Assembly (NCBI GenBank): GCA_016840405.1
Contig: JAEOSK010000005.1
Coordinates: forward strand, 15,324-79,323
Source of the DNA: Candidatus Hermodarchaeum yapensis
Lineage (GTDB): Archaea; Asgardarchaeota; Hermodarchaeia; Hermodarchaeales; Hermodarchaeaceae
Direction of reading: 5' to 3'
Length of the DNA stretch: 64,000 nucleotides
Positions 48,401-56,600 of this stretch are shown here, one piece after another. The translations under genes were made by a program, and so were the position numbers. The notes beneath the pieces were generated by a model, which made no database searches, was not told the DNA's origin, and was given only the letters and a program-made list of their open reading frames with translations. Each line of letters begins with the position of its first letter. Within the stretch, counting starts at the first letter, position 1.

Positions 48401-49046
48401 CGCCAGTGTAGCCTAGATTGAACCAACTAGGATAGATGAAGTTGTTTGCGTCGTCCATAGCATGAGCATAGCTATGATACACACCAATGGGTGCGAAAGA
48501 GTTGAAAACTCCAGTGAAGGTGATATTGAGCATTGTCGTGTCTTCCGTGATGAATCCACCCTGAAAGTCAAAGAATTCCACAGGGTCTCGTGGGTCGCTG
48601 GGCATCATGTCATGAAGAGCACTGAATACATTCCAGTCACCTGTCTTTGTGAAATAATCCATCCAGATGCCAGCAGAATGAGTTTCATTATACATATCGA
48701 GGCCAATCGTCGCCATCTCTAACTCTGTGTTCCCTTGTTCAAAGAACGCTTTCGGAACAATCAAAGTGAATTTCATGAGATCACCCCGATCGGCTTGATA
48801 CTCATTCACTGCGATGTCGGTGTCATTTTCGTAAGTAATGATCAGTTGGAGTGTTTCCCCAAACAACCATTCCGTGTTTGTACTATCCCATGTACTTGTA
48901 TCGAAAAACTGATTCCGCTGCCAGTCCACAAAAATGAACGGATCGGTTGATTGTGGACCATGCTGAGCAAGAGTTACTGTAGGTATAATCGTGATACAGA
49001 TAGTGAAAAGTAGGCAAATAGCAAGTATACTCCAAATTCGTTTCAT
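45447..49046 (-). CDS. Large (1199 aa) secreted, C-terminally membrane-anchored surface protein, W/N/D/T-rich, domain family unknown
   Basis: Signal peptide MKRIWSILAICLLFTICITIIPTVTLAQ, C-terminal TM IIAIGVAILVILVVVGIM plus an RRRG tail, and at least about 20 N-x-S/T sequons seen by eye. Confidence 0.7.
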   Translation of the reverse strand: MKRIWSILAICLLFTICITIIPTVTLAQHGPQSTDPFIFVDWQRNQFFDTSTWDSTNTEWLFGETLQLIITYENDTDIAVNEYQADRGDLMKFTLIVPKAFFEQGNTELEMATIGLDMYNETHSAGIWMDYFTKTGDWNVFSALHDMMPSDPRDPVEFFDFQGGFITEDTTMLNITFTGVFNSFAPIGVYHSYAHAMDDANNFIYPSWFNLGYTGDMPMPPIALECELDFHHGFMPMPEYELRLLNGTSLMPIQYAEAGDPLIVELTMTEPVGFAGFSLDWIIDGGWQPEYVIRMNVSYPEDYSDFNTAWYEYEAWLYPSLGFSYNATTDVAEAFAFYKYESYVWEDYGSGMGNWMYQPEMVVNASILPDFIVFDPSSGDLDPQTIHWKFSLTEAVLNHGNDNYGGFFHVWAGQPREHGTSTLDGKRAEPSMSFCETDGFRFGYNDFLADGFIRDAFTGEIRTQADPLEHVNISLDVHASSELFEHFSDPDNSAGQWEREELTLETITLWIGGNAWGWNDTHNWNAYSSINLLIDADTLTVIDQYCSIVNETWFSMDGFLVSRVETNTTVGLSNLIQVFGVEIDIAEQLTKFNVEMKFLNGAPHGDYWFEFQAQQNRTIYWNTTGTWEPQWWNIEFLYFGGRTQWTPSWFTLGNTWSYIPELWAVTEDGALDLDGDLETIADQYYVKRVYNWHDDHEWTDDSLFVHITFDPTPMFEHQGDEFMSSSWMGLHTDRVTYQWNESFYWYHSNDLSLVSAPEMASILDTVWLNMTEQIPAPGYHGIAWMTLNRSWDDIQAEWWWLDDNTWEFSWFGFDTTQGFVLAFDDNSTTHANFHTAFSGLLLFTDNQTLGGNGVPDFYVTEGFIDTDEVTHYFLMEDVGSISFTLPFNSTESDGQRQISTSEWVDYGVRIYDITGTLFPTHTELGTGLKSCWDYHGTGAGLVGLNATDFDYMVSQATIDEIGFDVHFQVLLANTAENPEPNNNLVDIKVDQYIGDWTLHHFDNRVLEGRGLAISYFGALSTDTFSEFSVDNKQVASNNENTEIGDMYLFGSEGRTFASVQMGGQLYDWGKDGQTYNCSAATVPMGAFSAMFHSETGKSVTHWEMESTFFFMLSGFTNWDGYSIDNDPYFGIYTSALNMIPPGPPPGDGLDWLLQNVGIIAIGVAILVILVVVGIMNVRRRGSGPSKATRKATSDYWADR

Positions 49047-49379
49047 GGCTCGAATCCCCGCTAAAGGATGCGTTGCTTCTCTAGAATCAAAAATCCGTAG
49101 CTAAAAACATTGGTTGTCGGGAAAGGAAGCTTCTGAACGCCTTGAAGATATCGCAAGCCAATGAGCTTTTGTTGGCTCAAACAGTCTTTGGAAGAAAATT
49201 TCATTCCATCCATTTTTTTGGAAAAATTGGCAACTACTATCCAGCGGATAATTTCGCAGAATTAAACTTCATTGCTAATACACCACATGAATTTCGAGAA
49301 AGATTTTGATTAAACACATCATGGGATTTCCTCATCACAAGAAGTGGGATAATTAGCCAGCATCCTTGACGACAAGCTT

Positions 49380-51038
49380 TTGTATATCAATTACACTGCG
49401 TACTCCTACGAATTAGATGAGGATTTGAAACAGTTGTTTAAAACTAGTTCTGAATTCTTTCCAAAAGATGCCAAAGTTCTCAAAGACATGCCTTGGGTTG
49501 GACGTGTCTCCTTTGCCGATATCAAAGAAAAAATCGAAGAGATTAAAACCCGTCCTATCATGTGCAGTAATTGTGGTGGTGCATTAACCAACCCCGATAT
49601 TATCCAAGTTTCACCTACAAAAGGCAAGACCTTCCAGTGTGAATTTTGTGGCACCCTAAACGTCATCCCGAAGGATCTTATGCCTGGAACGGATCTGTCT
49701 GAGTTCGTGTTGGGGCAGCTTACTCGTGCTAAACCCATCACTGAGGATACACTGCTTGCTGTGATTGACATTTCTGGATCAATGAGTGGTGGTAAATTAG
49801 CAGCGGTGAAAGAGTCACTGATCCGAACCGTGACCGATTTGAGCGTCAATGCTCCTGAAACAACTTTTGGGCTTCTAGCCTTCCATAGTGATGTTTATTG
49901 TTATGATGAAAACATGAAGGAAGTTTTCACGCTTTCAGGGGATATGCGATACAGTGTGGAAGAAATCACCAAAGCTGTGGAGAAGAAATTGAAAGATGTC
50001 GAGCTCAAACCCTTGAAGAAAACTAAGAAAAAATGGGTCTCGAATATTGAAAAACTCCGAGATATTGACATGACTGCCCTAGGTCCTGCCATGGTAGCTG
50101 GTTATGTCATTATGAAAGATCGGGGTGGACGCATCATTCTCCTCACTGATGGCCTTGCTAATGAAGGCGTTGGGACCCTTGAAGGTTCTTCAACAACTGG
50201 GGCTCAACTGTACGAAGATTTGGCTATCAAAGCGGCCAATGCAAGTATCATCATTGACGTGGTTGGGATTAAAGATCCATCTGCCTTTATGGCGCTAGAA
50301 GCCCTGGCTGTGATGCCTATGCAAACTGGCGGAACCATGTTTTATGCTCAAGCCTCTGAAATTGCTGCCGCCATGAGTTCATCTTCAAGTGGGAAGATTG
50401 TGGCCAGGGGAGTGAAAATGCGAGTCATTACTCCCGAAGATGTTGAGGTGGCTGAAGTTAGCGGACTTGGTGGAACCGATGCAGAACAACTGAAAAAAGG
50501 CATTCGGATTGGATCTGTAACTGAGGACCGGGAAGTGTATGTTCGGCTCACTCCAGCAGCGAAAGTGAAAGAAAAAGAAGTACCCATCCAAGTTCAAGTC
50601 TCCTACATGGATGAAGAAGGCAACCAGCGAATGCGAGTCATGACTAAACGAGTCAAAGTCACCGATGATGCCAAACCCATCATCGAAACTCTTGATGTCG
50701 AACTACCAGCCACTTACGCCGTCCAACGGGCTGGTGAAGAACAGTATCGGGGCGAAGTTGCTAAGAGCAAGAAAATCCTTGAAAACACTCAAAACGCGTA
50801 TAGAGCCGTGCGAAACAAAGCTCCGGCATCACTTGTAAAGGCTATCGAAAAAGCTGACAAGATACTTGATGAAGAAATCGCCGAAGCCGATCAAGTTGCG
50901 GAACGACAGAAGGAAGAGATGAGTAAACGGTCTGTCGTGGGTGTCGCCCAGGCGGCACCAATTGCCGATGAGGATGCCGCGTTGAGTATGCAGAAGGCAC
51001 GTAAATCCAGTAAACAACTCTTCGAAGATGAAGAATAA
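49380..51038 (+). CDS. Sec23/Sec24-like protein (Zn finger, vWA trunk, beta-barrel, helical tail)
   Basis: 552 aa with a TTG start; an alternative ATG lies at 49488. CSNCGGALTNP-x17-CEFCGTLNVIP, MIDAS DISGSMSG, and a QVQVSYMDEEGNQRMRVMTKRVKVT barrel-like segment. Confidence 0.65.
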   Translation: MYINYTAYSYELDEDLKQLFKTSSEFFPKDAKVLKDMPWVGRVSFADIKEKIEEIKTRPIMCSNCGGALTNPDIIQVSPTKGKTFQCEFCGTLNVIPKDLMPGTDLSEFVLGQLTRAKPITEDTLLAVIDISGSMSGGKLAAVKESLIRTVTDLSVNAPETTFGLLAFHSDVYCYDENMKEVFTLSGDMRYSVEEITKAVEKKLKDVELKPLKKTKKKWVSNIEKLRDIDMTALGPAMVAGYVIMKDRGGRIILLTDGLANEGVGTLEGSSTTGAQLYEDLAIKAANASIIIDVVGIKDPSAFMALEALAVMPMQTGGTMFYAQASEIAAAMSSSSSGKIVARGVKMRVITPEDVEVAEVSGLGGTDAEQLKKGIRIGSVTEDREVYVRLTPAAKVKEKEVPIQVQVSYMDEEGNQRMRVMTKRVKVTDDAKPIIETLDVELPATYAVQRAGEEQYRGEVAKSKKILENTQNAYRAVRNKAPASLVKAIEKADKILDEEIAEADQVAERQKEEMSKRSVVGVAQAAPIADEDAALSMQKARKSSKQLFEDEE

Positions 51039-51143
51039 CCTACTAAGCCTAAAAATCAGAGGGAACCATTCGATAGGATTCCTTCTCGCACCTTTTTTCA
51101 GAGAATATCGTCGATTAGGCGAAATGATGTGATTAGCATCAAC

Positions 51144-52319
51144 TTAGAAATTTTTCATTATGGGCTCATATTCCTTGAAGAGGTATCGGGAGATGACATA
51201 CTGTTGGATTTGGCTAGTTCCTTCATAAATCTGGTAGAGTTTTGCGTCTCGGAAAAGTTTCTGTATTGGATATTGTTCGAGGTAGCCTTTGCCACCGTAA
51301 ATTTGGAGAGCGTCGGTTACAATTTTCATAGCATCTTCCGAACCAACGAGTTTAGCACAACTCGAGGCAACGTTGGCAATGTTTCCATCGGCGCGTGTAT
51401 CGACTAGCCAGGCAGCCCGCCAAGTTAGGAGACGCATAGCTTCAATACGAGCATACATATCTGCAACCATGGTTTGGATAGCTTGGAAGCTACTGATTTT
51501 CTTTCCAAAAGCATCGCGCTGTTTTGCATAGTTCATGGCGTATTCCATAGCTGAACGAGCAAGCCCAGTAGCCATTGCACCAATAGCTGGACGAGTTTTG
51601 ACAAAGGTCATCATGGCTAGAAGGAAACCAGTGCCTTCGGCTCCTAGAATGTTTTCTGCTGGCACCTTAGCATCCCTTAAAATAACTGCAGCTGTATCAG
51701 AAGCGCGATGGCCAAGCTTTTTCAATGGTTTCCCAGTTGATACACCTTCTGTATCACTGGGAACGATAAACGCTGAGAGTCCCTGATGGCGTTCACTGCC
51801 CTGTTGTCTAGCGAAAATGACGAACACATCGGCATGATTGCCGTTGGTAATCCAGAACTTATTGCCATTAAGGATGAAAGCGTCGCCTTTACGTGAATAA
51901 GTGGTTTTGATTCCAGCCACATCTGATCCCATGCCGGGTTCACTAGTGGCGAAGGAGACGAACTGGAGTTCCTTGGAGAGAGGTGTGAGCCATTTCTGTT
52001 TCTGGTCTTCAGAGCCCCCGAGGATGATGGGTGTAGTGCCTAAGTCATTAACGTAAATAGAGGTAGTCATTCCGGCACAGGCGGCTGCCATTTCTTCGAC
52101 CACAAGCACCGATTCGAGCTGACCATATTCAGGTCCGCCATATTTCTTCGGAACACCAAGATTCATCAACCCGAGTTTATGTGCTTTTGCTATCACTTCT
52201 CGTGGAAATTCCCCGGTCTGATCATAGTGCTGCGAGACGGGTAGCACTTCATTCAAGGCGAATTCTCGGGCTTTAGCTTGCAGGGCTAGTTGGTCGTCGG
52301 TGAGTTGAAAATCTATCAT
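51144..52319 (-). CDS. Acyl-CoA dehydrogenase (short/medium-chain, butyryl-CoA DH-like)
   Basis: 391 aa with FATSEPGMGSD and YQIYEGTSQIQ motifs. Confidence 0.9.
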   Translation of the reverse strand: MIDFQLTDDQLALQAKAREFALNEVLPVSQHYDQTGEFPREVIAKAHKLGLMNLGVPKKYGGPEYGQLESVLVVEEMAAACAGMTTSIYVNDLGTTPIILGGSEDQKQKWLTPLSKELQFVSFATSEPGMGSDVAGIKTTYSRKGDAFILNGNKFWITNGNHADVFVIFARQQGSERHQGLSAFIVPSDTEGVSTGKPLKKLGHRASDTAAVILRDAKVPAENILGAEGTGFLLAMMTFVKTRPAIGAMATGLARSAMEYAMNYAKQRDAFGKKISSFQAIQTMVADMYARIEAMRLLTWRAAWLVDTRADGNIANVASSCAKLVGSEDAMKIVTDALQIYGGKGYLEQYPIQKLFRDAKLYQIYEGTSQIQQYVISRYLFKEYEPIMKNF

Positions 52320-52386
52320 AATGACCCAGACCTCGCTTCCGAGAAGGAGGTCTTAGTATTTGAGTTACACTGTCTTGCGACTCTGA

Positions 52387-53193
52387 TCATTCTGATGGAG
52401 GTTTTTCAAGGAATTGATAGGACTTTTTCTTTGCTTGTTTCCAGCGAATAATTCCGTAGACAACGCCAATCACTATAATGAGAATTATTACGATGCAAGC
52501 GATTAGCAGTTCCAATTCAAGGAGACCAAACAAAGAAGATGGCGTGATTGGAAGCACTTCATCATACACGATTATGTTGTCAATAACATGTCTGTCATAA
52601 CAGGTGAAGTAGAAGTATGATGACGTGTTGAAATTAACACTATCAACTTCGAGGCTAAGAATTGAATTTACGTAAAGACACATGTGACCACTCGTATCGC
52701 GAGTGATATCCAAATGGAGCCATTTCTCCTTGATGCCTCCTGATGGCATGCAAGAACCTAGATTCTCTGAGTCCGCTCCATCATCCACCCAAATCTCAAC
52801 ACCATCATACGGTGAGATATGAAGTAAATAGCCATCCCAGGGTAGCAGGGAAGAATCCAGTGTGTTTACAATAAACCAGACATAGGGACAGTAATACACA
52901 TCGGCATGGTAGATATCAAAACTCCAAGTACCAGATGCTATATTGGAATTGTAGAAAATTCTATTCATTTCATCTGCAGTTGCACCCTCTAGTTGATCAT
53001 TTTGCGCAGTGAAAGAACCTTCCGTAACGGTCCACCCGTCATAGTTTTGATCATCAAAATTATCTTCCCATACAATAGAATTCGTACCAACCGAAAGAGA
53101 ACTCGTTGAAAAAATCAGAAACACGAATGCTAATCCAACAAAAGAGAAAGAGATGTTCTTTCCATGCATAGAAACCACCCATAACTTTGTCAA
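52387..53193 (-). CDS. Secreted ConA-like lectin/glucanase-fold (LamG/DUF1080-like) protein with C-terminal TM anchor
   Basis: 268 aa with a signal anchor, WEDNFDDQNYDGWTV...GSF...L and ...IDNIIVYD edges of a jelly-roll, and a C-terminal TM plus KQAKKK. Confidence 0.5.
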   Translation of the reverse strand: MTKLWVVSMHGKNISFSFVGLAFVFLIFSTSSLSVGTNSIVWEDNFDDQNYDGWTVTEGSFTAQNDQLEGATADEMNRIFYNSNIASGTWSFDIYHADVYYCPYVWFIVNTLDSSLLPWDGYLLHISPYDGVEIWVDDGADSENLGSCMPSGGIKEKWLHLDITRDTSGHMCLYVNSILSLEVDSVNFNTSSYFYFTCYDRHVIDNIIVYDEVLPITPSSLFGLLELELLIACIVIILIIVIGVVYGIIRWKQAKKKSYQFLEKPPSE

Positions 53194-53451
53194 AGTGTTG
53201 CTCCATTATTAAAGCGTATATTTTTCGGTAGAAGTCCAGTAGGTCGTGCGAATTAGAAAAAACGACCATGGGTTTTGTTGAAGTGCTCACTTGGTGACCA
53301 CTGTTTTGGGCAGTTTTTCACAGATTCTCTTTGTACTCTGACCACACCTAGAAGTACTTGGTGATGAAAAATGCGATTTTATGCAATCTTCACAATGCAT
53401 ATGTACTACAAACGACGACTGCTGGAGAATCACAGAAAAAAGCCCTGGTAA

Positions 53452-55524
53452 ATGGAAGACGAGGAGCTCCCAGTGACTGATTCAGAACATCTTGGCGATG
53501 AACTCGGACCAGATGGTTCCCAACCAGAACCAATTTGTGACGCAGATACTACTCCCTCTAGGACACAATTTAAGAAACCGCTAGTCCACAGTTTGACAGC
53601 ACGGGGAATCGCACTGGCCATTATCCTCAACGTCGTCTATACGACGATTAACGCCTATCTTGGCATGAACTTCGGGTTTGGCCTCGGTTTTGGAATAATT
53701 ACAGTTCTCACGGCTTATACGGTGTTTCAGGTGATGCGGGGAAATTCAAATCGGCAAGAAATCACCACTACAATGATCGCCTCAACGGGATTCGTAATTT
53801 ATTGGGTGCTTTCGGTTTCGATTTATGTTCAAGCCTATACGGCATACACGCTTCCGTGGTGGTTGGCACCCCCTCAGGAGGTGTTGCTTATTGGAAGTGC
53901 CTTAGATCCGCGATGGATTCCCCCAATTATCTTTCATTTAGGGTGGGTGATACTCGCCACCTTTCTTGGTTTCATTGTAGCATTGGCTGTGGTTGATTAT
54001 GTGCAAACGCGAAAAGAAACTAAGTTCCCCTTTTACCTAGCCAGTGGAGTGACTATCGATACGTGTATGCAAACAGGGCAACGAAGTCGCTTCATGTTTT
54101 GGGCCTTAGGCATTGGAATCCTGGTAACTGTGATTCAGTATTGGGCGGATGTCCTCCTGCAACCCATCGGGTTCTCAACAATTAGTTTAGATCTCACTCC
54201 ACTCTTGCCACCGGGATTTGCCATTGGATTTCTGTTCAATATCAGCTTGATGGCCATTTCATTCATTATTGATTCAAAAATTTCCATTACTTTGCTGTTT
54301 GCAGGACTCATTACTTATTTGGTGATTTCACCTATTCTTGTCGCTCAAGGATTAGTAGTTCCTGGAGCGACGGGCATGGACATGTACTTCAACCTCCTCT
54401 TCGCATACACAATCAGCCCCGCCCTTGGAATAATGCTCCTTAGCGGAATAATTGCATTTCTTGTTGTCAAACTTCGATCCCGAATCCGACCAGCAAAACA
54501 CGGAGAAGAGGATGACATAAGTTCACCTGATTCTAAAGAAAAGAATCCACCTGTTGAAAACAAACCAGACCTTGTTGAAACAGGTAATGTGGGATTTGGA
54601 GAATATGCCAAAGCCTTTGTTTTTGGCTTACTACGAAATCGCCGATTGGGCCTTGCCTATTTACTAATCACATCAATCTTTGTGATCATCGTCGTGGGTC
54701 TTAATGTTTTTAGTCCATTTCCAGCGTGGATTGTGATACTTATCTCACTTCTCCTGCTTTTGCCTGTAGCAATAATTGACACATTTGTGTTGGTCAAAAT
54801 TGTTGGCGAAGCAGGTCTTGGAATGGGAGCCCAACGACTGGCGTTTTATGAAATTCCTTTGGCGGTTATGGGACTGGAAGGGTATGTCCCGTTCATGGCT
54901 TATGCTGCAATTAATCCCTTCACAACTACAGATACACTTGGAAATCTGAAAATTGGAAATATGACGGAGACTCCTCGTCGATCAATTCTCATTGCCCAAT
55001 TATTGAAGATAATTCCAGGTGCTATCACGAGTGTTATTTTTGTCTTGGCGGCTTGGTATCTTATTGGGTTTCCATCTGAAACATTTCCTGCTGTTGGAGT
55101 GTTGCAGGGCTATGCTATCGTCTCAATTTTTGCTACAGGCGGAATGGGAGGAAGCTTCGACTTACTCTCCTTTCTTGTAGCAGGTAGTCTTATTGGAGTA
55201 CTTTCTGTTTTTACGCCGATAGCACCCCTTGGTGTTGCCCTCGCAATGTTTTTGCCTCCTTCTTACTTCATTCCCTTCTCCATTGGTGGATTCCTTCGTC
55301 TATATACCAACAGAAAATATGGCAAAGAATGGTTTTCGAAACGGGGACAGGTTATTGCTGTAGGTTTCATTGCTGGAGCAGCGATTACGCAAGTGATTGT
55401 AGCATTCATGACACCAGGGATTCAACTCTGGGCTCTTCCCATTTGTATAGTAATTCTTATGGTAATCCTTTGGAGGTATCGAAACGATTCTCCACCTTCA
55501 GAAACCATTAACACTGAGGAATAG
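53452..55524 (+). CDS. OPT-family oligopeptide transporter
   Basis: 690 aa with about 16 TM helices. LTARGIALAIILNVVYTTINAYLGMNFG matches the OPT N-terminal signature. Confidence 0.7.
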   Translation: MEDEELPVTDSEHLGDELGPDGSQPEPICDADTTPSRTQFKKPLVHSLTARGIALAIILNVVYTTINAYLGMNFGFGLGFGIITVLTAYTVFQVMRGNSNRQEITTTMIASTGFVIYWVLSVSIYVQAYTAYTLPWWLAPPQEVLLIGSALDPRWIPPIIFHLGWVILATFLGFIVALAVVDYVQTRKETKFPFYLASGVTIDTCMQTGQRSRFMFWALGIGILVTVIQYWADVLLQPIGFSTISLDLTPLLPPGFAIGFLFNISLMAISFIIDSKISITLLFAGLITYLVISPILVAQGLVVPGATGMDMYFNLLFAYTISPALGIMLLSGIIAFLVVKLRSRIRPAKHGEEDDISSPDSKEKNPPVENKPDLVETGNVGFGEYAKAFVFGLLRNRRLGLAYLLITSIFVIIVVGLNVFSPFPAWIVILISLLLLLPVAIIDTFVLVKIVGEAGLGMGAQRLAFYEIPLAVMGLEGYVPFMAYAAINPFTTTDTLGNLKIGNMTETPRRSILIAQLLKIIPGAITSVIFVLAAWYLIGFPSETFPAVGVLQGYAIVSIFATGGMGGSFDLLSFLVAGSLIGVLSVFTPIAPLGVALAMFLPPSYFIPFSIGGFLRLYTNRKYGKEWFSKRGQVIAVGFIAGAAITQVIVAFMTPGIQLWALPICIVILMVILWRYRNDSPPSETINTEE

Positions 55525-55568
55525 GCGCAAACTGCGGAAACCCAAAAGTAGTTGAAGACAAGTCCAAC

Positions 55569-56066
55569 ATGACAACTAATGAGGGCTGCGAAATGCTTCC
55601 AAAGAAGGAAACTGTAAATCGCGCAGAACAATACGCAGAAAAGGGATTCCTTTGTTCAGAAGCCGTCCTGCTAGCTCTTAGTGAAGCCCAGAACGTAACT
55701 AGCGAAATCATACCCTGCATCGCGACAGGCTTTGGAGCAGGAATTAGTCGCCATGGAGAAGTCTGTGGAGCTCTCAGTGGAGCAGTCATGGGACTAGGAC
55801 TTCGTTTTGGGCGATCCCAAATTGCGGAAACACCTCAAGACATTTCTCCTTATCAATTTGGAGAAACCATGGTAAACTTGTTTTCTTCACGCGTTGGACA
55901 TATACGATGTCGTGACATACTGGATCTTGATATCTCAAGTGATGAGGGTAGGAAACAATATCGTGAACAAAACCTCTGGGAGTCCAAATGCAGAGAATTA
56001 ATCCGAATCGCCGCCGAACTCGCCTATGACCTTCTTCAGGCTAATCCACCCGACTCAAAAGACTAA
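55569..56066 (+). CDS. C_GCAxxG_C_C family redox protein
   Basis: 165 aa with GFLCSEAV and GEVCGALSGAVMGLGL motifs. Confidence 0.75.
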   Translation: MTTNEGCEMLPKKETVNRAEQYAEKGFLCSEAVLLALSEAQNVTSEIIPCIATGFGAGISRHGEVCGALSGAVMGLGLRFGRSQIAETPQDISPYQFGETMVNLFSSRVGHIRCRDILDLDISSDEGRKQYREQNLWESKCRELIRIAAELAYDLLQANPPDSKD

Positions 56067-56165
56067 GTGGAAAGTTTTCCGTTTTCATGAAATTTTTACT
56101 CGCGTTTTGAAGTGAAACGGAATAGTCAAATACCACGGAAATCATGATACACTGGGATATCGGGC

Positions 56166-56567
56166 GTGACTACTAAACAAGCTTGTAAAGAGGCATTGTT
56201 ATCGCTGTTGGCACCAATCCAACCACTCGTTCATGGCGACACTATATTCCTCGGCAATCTTGAAATCGAAGTCACCGCCTCTGGCTATGCAAACATCACC
56301 ATTGATCGACCTCTCGACTTGACCTTTTTTCAAGCGCTCTTCACCCGATGGAAGGACTACTATATTGACGGCACTGAGGCGAGTATCACTGTCAAACCCA
56401 GTGAGAATATTTACTTTTATGGTGACGATGGAATACAGGATGTGGCGTTTGGTCCAGAATTCGATCGAGACCTGCTCATCACTGTCTTCACATACATTGA
56501 CCGCAATCTGCCCGGAAAATATCCAGAAATGCGCCGGTGGATGGCACTCAGCTCCCAGCATTCATGA
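56166..56567 (+). CDS. Hypothetical protein
   Basis: 133 aa with a GTG start. A 120-aa antisense ORF competes; I chose the plus frame on composition only. Confidence 0.35.
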   Translation: MTTKQACKEALLSLLAPIQPLVHGDTIFLGNLEIEVTASGYANITIDRPLDLTFFQALFTRWKDYYIDGTEASITVKPSENIYFYGDDGIQDVAFGPEFDRDLLITVFTYIDRNLPGKYPEMRRWMALSSQHS

Positions 56568-56600
56568 CTTGGTGTCAATCGTTACAACTGTCACTCCTAG

